From a virus (Duplodnaviria; Caudoviricetes): a DNA stretch of 27,480 nt. The notes beneath the pieces were generated by a model, which had not been told where the DNA came from, ran no database searches, and worked only from the letters and a program-made list of their open reading frames with translations. Position numbers and translations under genes: made by a program. Within the stretch, counting starts at the first letter, position 1, and the number at the start of each line of letters is the position of its first letter. The DNA is taken from positions 1-27,480 of IMG/VR virus record IMGVR_UViG_3300036778_000003; one strand, 5' to 3'. Below, piece by piece: positions 8,193 to 16,362 of the stretch.

Positions 8193-9104
8193 TTATCTAT
8201 TTGGTGCAGTTAACGCTGTGCGCCACTGATTTCGTCGCAGGAAATTAAGTGGCTCAATGCATGCGACCTTGGTATCAGGAGTGATATGAGCAGTCTCACG
8301 GACAAGCACCGACATTGTTTCATTCAACCAGTATTTAAATTCTTTAGCCAAATCATACGCCTCACCTGCATGCCGTGATTCCAGTTGCCTCAATGCAGGG
8401 TAAGTAATCTCAGCATGAGAACGCATTTTATCGGCTAGCATCCACAACCATGCCAATGAGCAAATCTCCCCATCCGTGAACGGTTTTTGCGCTACAGGTG
8501 GTTCCAGTTGCTTGCCCACAAACTCGCCTTCAATGACTTTTGTCGCCAAGTACTCAACAGCCTCGGTGGTCTGCTTTTGGGTAAGCTCATCGATATGCTT
8601 CACGCCAAACTCTTTGTGAATGAGCTTATAAACGGCCTGATAGGTCATTCCATATTTACCCATGATGCGATTGACGATGCCGCGCAGTGGAGTACGGTAA
8701 TCGACTGTAGTTTCAGGCGTCGATCTGGATGCGAAACCTTTATTCCAATAGTCGTGAAGAACGGTGAAGCACTCTTCCTGGTACTGGATCAGCTTATCGC
8801 GGATGTCGGCACGAACTTTTTCAGGGTTGATGCTGAACAGCCAGCCGTTAAGCTTTTTCAGTGGAAGGCATAATAGCTTGCGAATCTTGCCGTCAGCAGC
8901 AACCATAGAGATATCTCTACAGTTGAATTTGTCCTTTACATTCCGCAACTTAACAGACTGCCCCGTCCAATCTATTCCGATATTTTCCACTATCTGTCGC
9001 ATGGCAACATACGTTACGCCAGCAGCTACAACCGTGATAACTTGCTGACCGTTGAACGGCACGTAAGAGGTGTTTACTGCTTCTAAAATTGCTATACTTG
9101 TCAT
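8193..9104 (-). CDS. ant: P22-type antirepressor Ant
   Basis: SIAILEAVNTSYVPFNGQ and PLKKLNGWLFSINPEKVRADIRDKLI.YQEECF match P22 Ant; P22_AR_C-like C-terminus. Confidence 0.93.
   Translation of the reverse strand: MTSIAILEAVNTSYVPFNGQQVITVVAAGVTYVAMRQIVENIGIDWTGQSVKLRNVKDKFNCRDISMVAADGKIRKLLCLPLKKLNGWLFSINPEKVRADIRDKLIQYQEECFTVLHDYWNKGFASRSTPETTVDYRTPLRGIVNRIMGKYGMTYQAVYKLIHKEFGVKHIDELTQKQTTEAVEYLATKVIEGEFVGKQLEPPVAQKPFTDGEICSLAWLWMLADKMRSHAEITYPALRQLESRHAGEAYDLAKEFKYWLNETMSVLVRETAHITPDTKVACIEPLNFLRRNQWRTALTAPNR
9090..9098 (+). promoter_or_regulatory. Psar-like extended -10 promoter inside the first ant codons
   Basis: TGcTATACT, antisense to ant and just upstream of the sar-like hairpins. 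Confidence 0.65.
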
Positions 9105-9172
9105 GTTGGTTTTTCCTCACGATTTACTAACATCTGAAGCCCTGACTGTTCAAGCAGTTGGGGCTTTAACAT
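9104..9172 (+). ncRNA. sar: sar-like antisense RNA covering the ant ribosome-binding site
   Basis: Two hairpins: TGTTGGT..ACTAACA, whose loop holds anti-SD TTCCTC, and GAAGCCCTGACTG..CAGTTGGGGCTTT (9136-9167). Located in the arc-ant intergenic region as in P22. Ends approximate. Confidence 0.8.
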
Positions 9173-9178
9173 TTCTGA

Positions 9179-9334
9179 TCACAGCAATCCATCGCGCTTC
9201 AAACTGTCCATCAACCTTTTAGCCATTTCGCTATTTATAGATCTCCCCTCATCTTTTGCTACTTTCTCGATAATCTCTTTTACTTCTGCTGGAATTCGCA
9301 GGTTGTACTTCGGCGCATCAGACGGAACAATCAT
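9179..9334 (-). CDS. arc: Arc-family ribbon-helix-helix repressor (51 aa; absent from ORF track)
   Basis: Manual translation MIVPSDAPKYNLRIPAEVKEIIEKVAKDEGRSINSEMAKRLMDSLKRDGLL; SD GGAGGT; aligns with P22 Arc (NLR.P...GRS.NSE). Confidence 0.92.
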   Translation of the reverse strand: MIVPSDAPKYNLRIPAEVKEIIEKVAKDEGRSINSEMAKRLMDSLKRDGLL

Positions 9335-9354
9335 ACCACCTCCACATTATTTTA

Positions 9355-9413
9355 GTATAACCGTTATACCATTGTGGCAACACTGGTGCAAGGGTAGTAT
9401 TACGGTTGCACCA
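9355..9413 (-). promoter_or_regulatory. Pant-like promoter with candidate Mnt/Arc operators
   Basis: Minus strand TTGCAC (9391-9386), 17 bp, TATAAC (9368-9363). Palindrome GTATAAC-C-GTTATAC (9355-9369) and inverted repeat TGGTGCAA-N14-TTGCACCA (9384-9413). Confidence 0.7.
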
Positions 9414-9423
9414 CGGGGGTATC

Positions 9424-9660
9424 ATGTCGAGAGAAGAGCCGCAGATAAACATCCGCGTTTCCAATGAGTTAAAAGAAAAAATAAGATTACGAGCAAAGAA
9501 CAACAGAAGGTCTATGAACGCCGAGATTGTTCAGATTCTGCTTGATGCTGTTTCCGATAATATGAGCAGCAAAGAGGATTTTGCCCAGCGCGAGGCCGAC
9601 AAATTCAAGGATGCGCTTCTTGAAACGTTAACAAAAATGTATGGCAAGGAAGAAAAGTGA
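9424..9660 (+). CDS. mnt: Mnt-like ribbon-helix-helix repressor
   Basis: Start reassigned to ATG 9424. MSREEPQINIRV..ELKEK...RA..N.RSMNAEI with a Mnt-like C-terminal tetramerisation helix; divergent from arc. Confidence 0.88.
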   Translation: MSREEPQINIRVSNELKEKIRLRAKNNRRSMNAEIVQILLDAVSDNMSSKEDFAQREADKFKDALLETLTKMYGKEEK

Positions 9661-9663
9661 TGA

Positions 9664-9795
9664 TTATTTGTCTTCACTTTTACGGTAGAAAGGTGACCAT
9701 GACGGCCCCCCTCCGCATACATATCCGAAGAATAGCGAAACCATCGGCCATATCAGGAATCCGAAGTCATGGATGAATACATTAAGCTGTTCCAA
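9664..9795 (-). CDS. Possible 43-aa single-pass membrane peptide (absent from ORF track)
   Basis: TTG start with AAGGAG SD. Translates to MEQLNVFIHDFGFLIWPMVSLFFGYVCGGGPSWSPFYRKSEDK. Overlaps the next gene head-to-head. Confidence 0.35.
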   Translation of the reverse strand: MEQLNVFIHDFGFLIWPMVSLFFGYVCGGGPSWSPFYRKSEDK

Positions 9796-10194
9796 TACTA
9801 CTCTCCTTTGATTACACCAACGATCAGTTTGGTCACGTTCGTAATCGGCATGTTCGTGGGGAATTGGCTTGCATTAGGACGGGATAGGAGAAAAGAAATC
9901 AATGAGTTATCATCCCCCGTTAGACTAAGGCTCGTAAAACAAATCGAACTCATGCAAGCCGGTCAGTATCTGCCATCTGGTATTGTTGTGGATGATATCT
10001 ATGCCATTACAGATAGGGTTAGCAAAAGTAAATCTGACGCCATTAAAGCCGCATTCCGTAGCTATTCTGAATCAACAACATATGATGGCTTGAAGTGTTA
10101 TGCGTCAGCAGGACGGAGGACGGAGATTGGCGACTTCGATCCAGCAATCAAAGAAGCCAAATCCCTGCTGCAACTGCTTCCCTTGAAAAACTAA
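9769..10194 (+). CDS. Hypothetical moron protein with N-terminal transmembrane anchor
   Basis: 141 aa; hydrophobic LITPTISLVTFVIGMFVGNWLAL followed by basic RDRRK; antisense to the late operon. Confidence 0.75.
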   Translation: MDEYIKLFQYYSPLITPTISLVTFVIGMFVGNWLALGRDRRKEINELSSPVRLRLVKQIELMQAGQYLPSGIVVDDIYAITDRVSKSKSDAIKAAFRSYSESTTYDGLKCYASAGRRTEIGDFDPAIKEAKSLLQLLPLKN

Positions 10195-10269
10195 AAGCAC
10201 GTTCTAATGTTGCGTGTTTTTGCACCCACTCCCGGCTAAAATAAGCAAAAATCACATAAGGATGTTTGT

Positions 10270-11115
10270 ATGAAGCGCGTTTCAATCGCAACAATAGTTG
10301 CATGCCTGTCCTTAACTCATGCTGGGATCGCATATTCAGATGAATATAAAGACTTGATATCAGCAAGGGACGAATGCACTAGTTTTGGAGATACCCTTGT
10401 AGAAAAGCAGGGTGATGCACTGGCTGAAGTCGGCCAATCGCCCGTGGATATACGCAGCACAGTTGAGTACTATTGCATCAAAGGGTTCGAGTCGGCATCA
10501 ACTGCAAAATCACCAAAAGAGATTGACCAGTGGCGAACTGCAAGCCTGAGAAGTTTATCAGGCATTGTTTTTGAAATAGACAAATATAAAACACTGGTTA
10601 TTAATACTGTTTACAAAAAAGCATTAGCCTACTATAACGCTCAGCATTCAGCACCAGCACCAGCACCAGCACCAGCACCAGCACCAGCACCAGCACCAGA
10701 TGATAAAGCATCATCAATAGATAAAATAATCAATAAATCAGATAAATACGACAATACGGTTCTTATCTCCAACAAAGCAAAAGGGTATGTTGCAGTTATC
10801 TCGTATAATATAAATGGGGGTAGCTGCGATACAAAGATTCAAGACATGACGATCAGCAACATCATATTAGACAAAGATGAGCGCCATGTGGAAGCAATGC
10901 GGTTCAAGGAGCATCCAACTAAAATTGATGTCAATTTTAAAGACCTTGATAACGCCTCCCGCTCTTGGGCTGACCTAATATATAAATCTGGTGATAAGGT
11001 TAGCGTTAACATTATGATTTGTGGGTCAGGAGGGTTCGAAAGCATGATCGGAATCGCAAAACCAATGACTGATAACTTCCCTAAAGCGGGAGTTCAAATT
11101 ACCGCACCGAACTAG
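10270..11115 (+). CDS. Hypothetical secreted two-domain moron protein with (Ala-Pro)8 linker
   Basis: SD TAAGGA; Sec-type signal peptide; one Cys pair in each domain; AT-rich; antisense to the late operon. Confidence 0.82.
   Translation: MKRVSIATIVACLSLTHAGIAYSDEYKDLISARDECTSFGDTLVEKQGDALAEVGQSPVDIRSTVEYYCIKGFESASTAKSPKEIDQWRTASLRSLSGIVFEIDKYKTLVINTVYKKALAYYNAQHSAPAPAPAPAPAPAPAPDDKASSIDKIINKSDKYDNTVLISNKAKGYVAVISYNINGGSCDTKIQDMTISNIILDKDERHVEAMRFKEHPTKIDVNFKDLDNASRSWADLIYKSGDKVSVNIMICGSGGFESMIGIAKPMTDNFPKAGVQITAPN
10651..10698 (+). repeat. Perfect tandem repeat (GCACCA)x8
   Basis: Read directly from the sequence; in frame, encoding (AP)8. Confidence 0.97.
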
Positions 11116-12922
11116 AAAATGCCGCATTGGTTCCTGACCTCCTTTGTTGCTGTTCTACGCTCTTGGTGAGCGCATCCACTGACTGCGGACTGCTTGTAAC
11201 GATCACCTTGTCAATATAGGTGCTGCTTTGCTGTTGAGGATTGCCCCCACTAGAAGCCAATTGATATGGCCTTTTATCGGCCAGCCGCCCTTGGGTTGCG
11301 TAATAGTTCCGCGCGCTGCCCATGTTTCCATGAACTTTGCCAGTGTAATCGCGGGTCTCCTTTGGCAGTGCTGATGGATCGCTACCATTGGCAATCCATT
11401 TATCAACATTTCCCATTCCCCAATTATAAGCACGGAGAGCATTATCAACGTTTCCGTTGTATCGCTTGAGTAGCTTACTCAGGTACGAGGATGCTGCGGC
11501 TCTAGATTTCTCTGGGTCAAGGCGCTCATCCTGGCCCGCGCTGACGTTAAGACCGAGTTCGCGGGCTGTATTAGGCATAAGCTGGTACGCACCAGCGGCA
11601 CCAGATTTAACGTTGTATGCTAGAGGGTTGCCACTAGACTCCGTCATCATTACACCATGGAGCAGATCATCCATGCTGCCTGCCGATGACACACTCCCTG
11701 TAGACTGATTAGCGCTACCTCCAAAAAGTGACTTGATGTCATCCCATGTCAGAAATGGCTTTTTATCTTCATGGACTCTGTTGTAGTAATAATCTCCCAG
11801 GCCAATATTCTGTTTTTCTGCTCCTGCTCTGGCCTGATCAATGCCATGCGAAGCTGAAGCGGCGGCGACTGCACCAATCACTAATGGGTTTGCTCTCAAT
11901 CCTGCAGCAAGGAGCAATAAAAGCGCGGTCGCCCCACCTACAGAGTCAGTTAGTTTTTTTACCGAATCCCCCGCATCCTTGAAGAAGCCAACGATGTCTC
12001 CATGATGGTCACGTATCCAGTTGCCAAACTCTTTCATGGCAGACAGCACTTCAGGCGCGAACGCTATGGCGAGGTCCGTCTTAATGCGAGCGAACTCAGA
12101 ATCAAGCTGACCAAGCGTCGCAACCAGCGCTTCCTGCTCTTTAACCTGCTTGGCGGTAATATTCGACTTCTTGGTTTCAGAATCAACCAGGCTTTTCAGC
12201 TCACCGGATTTAATCTTCGCTGCATCAGTCGGATCGAACCCCGCAGCAGACATCACCTGCATCAGGTTTTCCTGAGAGTGATTTTTACCGTATCGGGAGA
12301 ATTCGGACAGCGCCTTGTTCGGGTCGCCAAGCTGATTGACATTTAGACCAGTGCGAGCACCCAAAGTTAACAGGTTCTGTGCCGCACCGGTGAGACCGCC
12401 AAAAACAGTCGGATCTGCAATATTGGCAAGCGCCATCCTTGCACCACCAGACGCAGCAATGAACGCATCACCATTCAACCCGGCTTGTTTGAAACCGCGC
12501 TGCACGCCGAACATTTTATTTACGTCAGAGCCGAAAAACTTCGCCTGCTGGCTGGCGCGAACAATCTCGTTAGCGGTCGAGGTAAAAAGCTGCTTTACGC
12601 CATACAATCCGACACCAATCCCAAGAAATCCGGCAGCCGCAGTTGTCACGCCACGAAATGATGACACAGCCGCTTTGCCGAAATCCTTCATGCCGAATTC
12701 AGCATCTTTGAGCGATTTCTTTGTTTTTTTGTTTGACTGCTGGACTTTGTCGCCAGTTTTGACGATTTCATTACCAGTCTTTTTCGATGCTTCCCCTACC
12801 TCATCAAGCCCCTTAGTTGCGGTATCGCTAAGCTCTTTGACGCCGCTTTCAACTTTCTTTTTCCCATTAAGGAATTCATCAGCCCGAATGGTTACCTTGT
12901 AGGCCAGTTCATTGATAATCAT
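11099..12922 (-). CDS. Tape measure protein with C-terminal soluble lytic transglycosylase domain
   Basis: Ala/Gly-rich helical N-terminal region; SLT motifs TESSG, GAAGAYQLMP.TA, AYNWG.GNV and ETRDY. Confidence 0.92.
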   Translation of the reverse strand: MIINELAYKVTIRADEFLNGKKKVESGVKELSDTATKGLDEVGEASKKTGNEIVKTGDKVQQSNKKTKKSLKDAEFGMKDFGKAAVSSFRGVTTAAAGFLGIGVGLYGVKQLFTSTANEIVRASQQAKFFGSDVNKMFGVQRGFKQAGLNGDAFIAASGGARMALANIADPTVFGGLTGAAQNLLTLGARTGLNVNQLGDPNKALSEFSRYGKNHSQENLMQVMSAAGFDPTDAAKIKSGELKSLVDSETKKSNITAKQVKEQEALVATLGQLDSEFARIKTDLAIAFAPEVLSAMKEFGNWIRDHHGDIVGFFKDAGDSVKKLTDSVGGATALLLLLAAGLRANPLVIGAVAAASASHGIDQARAGAEKQNIGLGDYYYNRVHEDKKPFLTWDDIKSLFGGSANQSTGSVSSAGSMDDLLHGVMMTESSGNPLAYNVKSGAAGAYQLMPNTARELGLNVSAGQDERLDPEKSRAAASSYLSKLLKRYNGNVDNALRAYNWGMGNVDKWIANGSDPSALPKETRDYTGKVHGNMGSARNYYATQGRLADKRPYQLASSGGNPQQQSSTYIDKVIVTSSPQSVDALTKSVEQQQRRSGTNAAFSSSVR

Positions 12923-13158
12923 CTTTGCTCCTGGAACTTATGCCATACGCGCTGATTAAAGTTTTCAACGGAAACCACCTCTAACAGGTTGTACATATCC
13001 TTCACCGACAACTTATCCTGCAAGTCGGTGTAGCTTGCCTTTCCTGAGCAGATAATCGCGTTGATGGATGGTGACACATTGGCGGGGGATACAAGTTTTG
13101 CCGGAAGGGATTCCTCTTCGAGAAACGGGTACTTTACCCTTCGGCGATGACTAAAAAA
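12919..13158 (-). CDS. Tail assembly chaperone GT C-terminal frame, reached by -1 frameshift (absent from ORF track)
   Basis: Open -1 frame (...NVSPSINAIICSGKASYTDLQDKLSVKDMYNLLEVVSVENFNQRVW...) with no good start of its own. Its stop overlaps the tape measure ATG (ATGA). Confidence 0.8.
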   Translation of the reverse strand, partial: FFSHRRRVKYPFLEEESLPAKLVSPANVSPSINAIICSGKASYTDLQDKLSVKDMYNLLEVVSVENFNQRVWHKFQEQR

Positions 13159-13541
13159 TCAAAATTCACCTGGAAGACTTTATCCATCAGTACGCGCAGG
13201 GTAGACACCTCTTCGAAGTCGATGGATTTAACGCCTCGTGCCTGCTGCGAGCCGTCATTAGTGATGACAATCTGCACGGTTGCTAAAAGGCGATCACGCA
13301 TGGTGCGTGCAACCACCGCAGAAGAGGCAGAAAGCACGCTCAGACCGACCGTTGCCAGCCCTGCGCATCCCATTGCGATCACGTCTGCCGGGATTTCTGA
13401 ATAGTTAGACTCACCCATAGCCCGGAAGATATCCTGCGCCAGTTCGTCTGCATCCCATGCCGACATTTCAGTGATAACAAACTCTTTCCCTTTGTCTCGG
13501 TTATCATCTTCAACCGTGAACGTGATTTCTTTTCTGCTCAT
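13134..13541 (-). CDS. Tail assembly chaperone (gpG-like)
   Basis: RDKGK.F.ITEMSA motif; lies between the tube and tape measure genes. Confidence 0.82.
   Translation of the reverse strand: MSRKEITFTVEDDNRDKGKEFVITEMSAWDADELAQDIFRAMGESNYSEIPADVIAMGCAGLATVGLSVLSASSAVVARTMRDRLLATVQIVITNDGSQQARGVKSIDFEEVSTLRVLMDKVFQVNFDFLVIAEG
13152..13158 (-). other. -1 ribosomal frameshift slippery heptamer T TTT TTA
   Basis: X XXY YYZ in the correct frame near the end of the chaperone gene. The -1 frame opens exactly here. Confidence 0.8.
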
Positions 13542-13975
13542 TAGATTTTGCTCGGCGTAATGGATTCAAAGTGGAAGACTGCTGGGCGAGGCTGGAGAAC
13601 TCGACGACCCGGAGGTGTTGGGGTCCAGGTGTACAGCACGCCATTCACGAAGTTCCACTTTTTACCCAGCGATGGAACCGTTAGGACGGCATTACAGGCA
13701 AACGCAGAAATCGCCGTTCGCTCTGCTGCGTACCAGTCATCAATCAGGTCACCGGCGTTCGATGTCGGCATGAGGTTGATAGTGAACTCAACAGGATTGA
13801 AGATGAAACCGGCGTGGTATTTCCCATCCGCTGACATCTGGTCTTCCTTGTTCTGGAGTGCGCCAGTTTCAAACATGTTATCGGCTGCGTAATCGTCAAC
13901 ATCAAAGCCACCAGGGTAATATGAAGGTACGACGATGCGCAGCTTGGAATTGGCACTTGTAATATCTATCGGCAT
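13541..13975 (-). CDS. Tail tube protein
   Basis: 144 aa; DITSANS and MSADG...AGF motifs; directly follows the sheath gene. Confidence 0.82.
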   Translation of the reverse strand: MPIDITSANSKLRIVVPSYYPGGFDVDDYAADNMFETGALQNKEDQMSADGKYHAGFIFNPVEFTINLMPTSNAGDLIDDWYAAERTAISAFACNAVLTVPSLGKKWNFVNGVLYTWTPTPPGRRVLQPRPAVFHFESITPSKI

Positions 13976-13985
13976 GTTGTCGCCC

Positions 13986-15482
13986 TTACAGAATCGCGGT
14001 TGAAGACATAGTGATGGACTGAATTAATTGACCATCAACGTAATAAAAGATTGCGCCCTGGAGGTCACGCGCAAGCCGTGCAGAACCCGTCTGCGTTGGA
14101 ATAAACAGGTAGTAGCCCTGCGAGTAGAGGGTTGCTGAAATATCCTTGCCTACGGAGTTATTCACGATGCGGATTTGCGCGTTATCCAGCACGACACCTT
14201 TCTGAATTGCACCGAACGTCACCGCCGCTTCTGCCGGGTCGATAGTCGCCGCCTGCACTGAACCATACCCTGCGTCGTTGAATGCGTAAGACTGGTTGTT
14301 TGTGAACAGATTCGCGTAAGCACCCACCAGATTAGCGTTAATCCAGACCTGATTGATAAAACTGTCCAGCCAGACAAACTTACCAGTGATAGCGCCGTCA
14401 GAAGCGTACTGGGCCATAGTCTTGTTCAGGCTGTACGAGCCGTAGAAGTTGTAGCCGTTCGATTTGAGCGCTTTCGCTGTAGCCAGATCGCTTACATTCG
14501 GTGCAAGCCCTGAGAAGCCCCTGAACTTGAACGATACGCGACCATTAGTGCGAGCAAAGTCGATCGATGCTGCATAGGCCAGCGCCGTAGTTGCGTATAG
14601 ATATGAACCATATACCGGGAAGACGTTCTCATAGCCGTTGGCGGCAACTACCTGCTGTACAAAGCATGTCGCATTATTCGCAACGGTTGGGGCATCAGAT
14701 GTATCGTGAACCACATAGCCATATCGGTTAACGCTGGAACTGGCCCATGAGCACAGCTCAGTTTTTTGCGCGTCGGTAAGTTCGGTCAATGACTGGAACA
14801 ATATCCAGTCCTGGTTGGTGTTGATGATGTTATTCATCGTATCAACCATGGTTACTGCATCCGAACCGGCTGAAGTTGTTGCCGCTGTAGCAGTGGTTAG
14901 CTTCAGCGCTGTTGCAACTTCTCCGGATTCCGGGTCAGCAACAGAAACCATGCTGGCAGCACCGGTTGTCAACGAACGGACAATGAACCGATTCGCAATT
15001 GGCAGCCACTCAACCAACACATCTGTATTGCCAATGCCGGTTGTTACCAGCGAGGCAATATCAGAGAAACTTGTAGCGGTCGACAGGTCAATAGATTCAC
15101 TAACTACCACCGTGCCATCTACGGTAAGCGTAATGGTGCTTGCTGGCGTGGATTTCAGCGTTGCCAGCGTGACACCTTTCAGATTACCGGACAGCAAATA
15201 CCCGGCAACAGGGGAGGTAACCAGGCGATACATCAGCAATTCACCAGGAATAACGGATGAATTTTCATAGCCGTTGAAATACTGCTGGGCGGCGAGGAAT
15301 TCTTTTGAATCGCTACCCATCAGGGCAGAAACATCAGACGCCTGGTAATAACTTGCCACAGTGCCAACCGGCACAAGCTCGTTGTCGGTCAGCATCAGGC
15401 CGTTTGCGTCAATTGCGGAACCCGCAGGCGTAACGACATTGGGCGTGATAGAAAAATCTACAGATAAAGGAATTGTGCTCAT
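13986..15482 (-). CDS. Tail sheath protein (DUF3383)
   Basis: 498 aa; S.E..AA..YF.G, NGYNFYG, WLDSFINQ.W and Y.DG..IQ.I motifs. Confidence 0.88.
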   Translation of the reverse strand: MSTIPLSVDFSITPNVVTPAGSAIDANGLMLTDNELVPVGTVASYYQASDVSALMGSDSKEFLAAQQYFNGYENSSVIPGELLMYRLVTSPVAGYLLSGNLKGVTLATLKSTPASTITLTVDGTVVVSESIDLSTATSFSDIASLVTTGIGNTDVLVEWLPIANRFIVRSLTTGAASMVSVADPESGEVATALKLTTATAATTSAGSDAVTMVDTMNNIINTNQDWILFQSLTELTDAQKTELCSWASSSVNRYGYVVHDTSDAPTVANNATCFVQQVVAANGYENVFPVYGSYLYATTALAYAASIDFARTNGRVSFKFRGFSGLAPNVSDLATAKALKSNGYNFYGSYSLNKTMAQYASDGAITGKFVWLDSFINQVWINANLVGAYANLFTNNQSYAFNDAGYGSVQAATIDPAEAAVTFGAIQKGVVLDNAQIRIVNNSVGKDISATLYSQGYYLFIPTQTGSARLARDLQGAIFYYVDGQLIQSITMSSTAIL

Positions 15483-15994
15483 GGGCGGTCGTCCACCTGT
15501 TTAGTGTTAATTTCGGCATGGTCGAAATAGTCCTGCGGTAACGTCACTGTGATGTGCGCTTGCAGGGATAATGTGATTGTGTAGCGCTCTTGCCACTGAC
15601 TTTCCGCATTAATCATGGGAGCCTGAATAGCAGCGGTTGAGTAAAGAGGGGCTAGTCGTGCGTCTCTGGCTTTAATCTGGTCGTAGGCGTGGTCACTTGT
15701 GAACGTTGTTTCAAGTGCGATAGCCCTGTCACCCGCCCCATCGCCATAAATATCAACCTGAATATCAGCCTGTCTGACCTCTGAATAAGCCATAGCGCTT
15801 GTTTCCGGAGAGCCAGTATCGAGCTTTGCTTCCTTCGTTCTGGACATTCGGGTAAAGCGGAGTGGCGTAAGTATGCAAAACTGCTCTTTAGGCATCGCCA
15901 CGCGGTTAGCCTGAGCCTGCCGACAAACGCCGGAGATAGGCTCAACATAATCAGCCAGCACGTCGATAATGTCGTTTACGGTGAAATCGTTCAT
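15479..15994 (-). CDS. Tail terminator/neck protein
   Basis: QAQ.NRV.MP, IQVDIYG and Q...RY motifs; upstream of the sheath gene. Confidence 0.72.
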   Translation of the reverse strand: MNDFTVNDIIDVLADYVEPISGVCRQAQANRVAMPKEQFCILTPLRFTRMSRTKEAKLDTGSPETSAMAYSEVRQADIQVDIYGDGAGDRAIALETTFTSDHAYDQIKARDARLAPLYSTAAIQAPMINAESQWQERYTITLSLQAHITVTLPQDYFDHAEINTKQVDDRP

Positions 15995-16362
15995 GTGCTC
16001 ACCTGAAGATTAACAAGCAGACGACACCATGAATCCCACAACTCGATTGGCTCAACAACAAGCCATGTCTCACCGTTAATCACGAAGATATCGCCGCCCT
16101 GCTCCATTTCACGCTGAACGCTGAAGTAATTCCCGTTAACGTGGATGGACTTCACAAGCCCCTGGATGTTCATGCCATCAACATGCTTTAGATCGCCTTT
16201 GCTGAGCGGCTGCAACTGAATGGTTACCGGCTGGTCAGGAAAGTAAGATGGCTGCGGGGTTCTGCCTGGTCCGATGGTTTCACCGGCATATTTGCGAAGA
16301 ATTGCTGAGATGTTGGGGTTAATGCTTTTGGTTGCGCTATTCGCCGCTTTCCGAAGATTCAA
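15991..16362 (-). CDS. Head-tail joining (stopper-like) protein
   Basis: Q.QPLS..DL.H.DG.NIQG and WLV....E.W..WC motifs; synteny. Confidence 0.68.
   Translation of the reverse strand: MNLRKAANSATKSINPNISAILRKYAGETIGPGRTPQPSYFPDQPVTIQLQPLSKGDLKHVDGMNIQGLVKSIHVNGNYFSVQREMEQGGDIFVINGETWLVVEPIELWDSWCRLLVNLQVST

Noticed and set aside
9699-9776. 25-codon plus-strand ORF with an SD-like AGGTGA and a C6 run, as a phase-variable extension of the 141-aa gene
   Set aside because: A TAG at 9733-9735 in the downstream gene's frame blocks fusion by slippage; no other support.
10193-10242. Terminator and promoter between the two moron genes
   Set aside because: The hairpin is weak with a large loop, and TAAAAT lacks a properly spaced -35, so support is insufficient.
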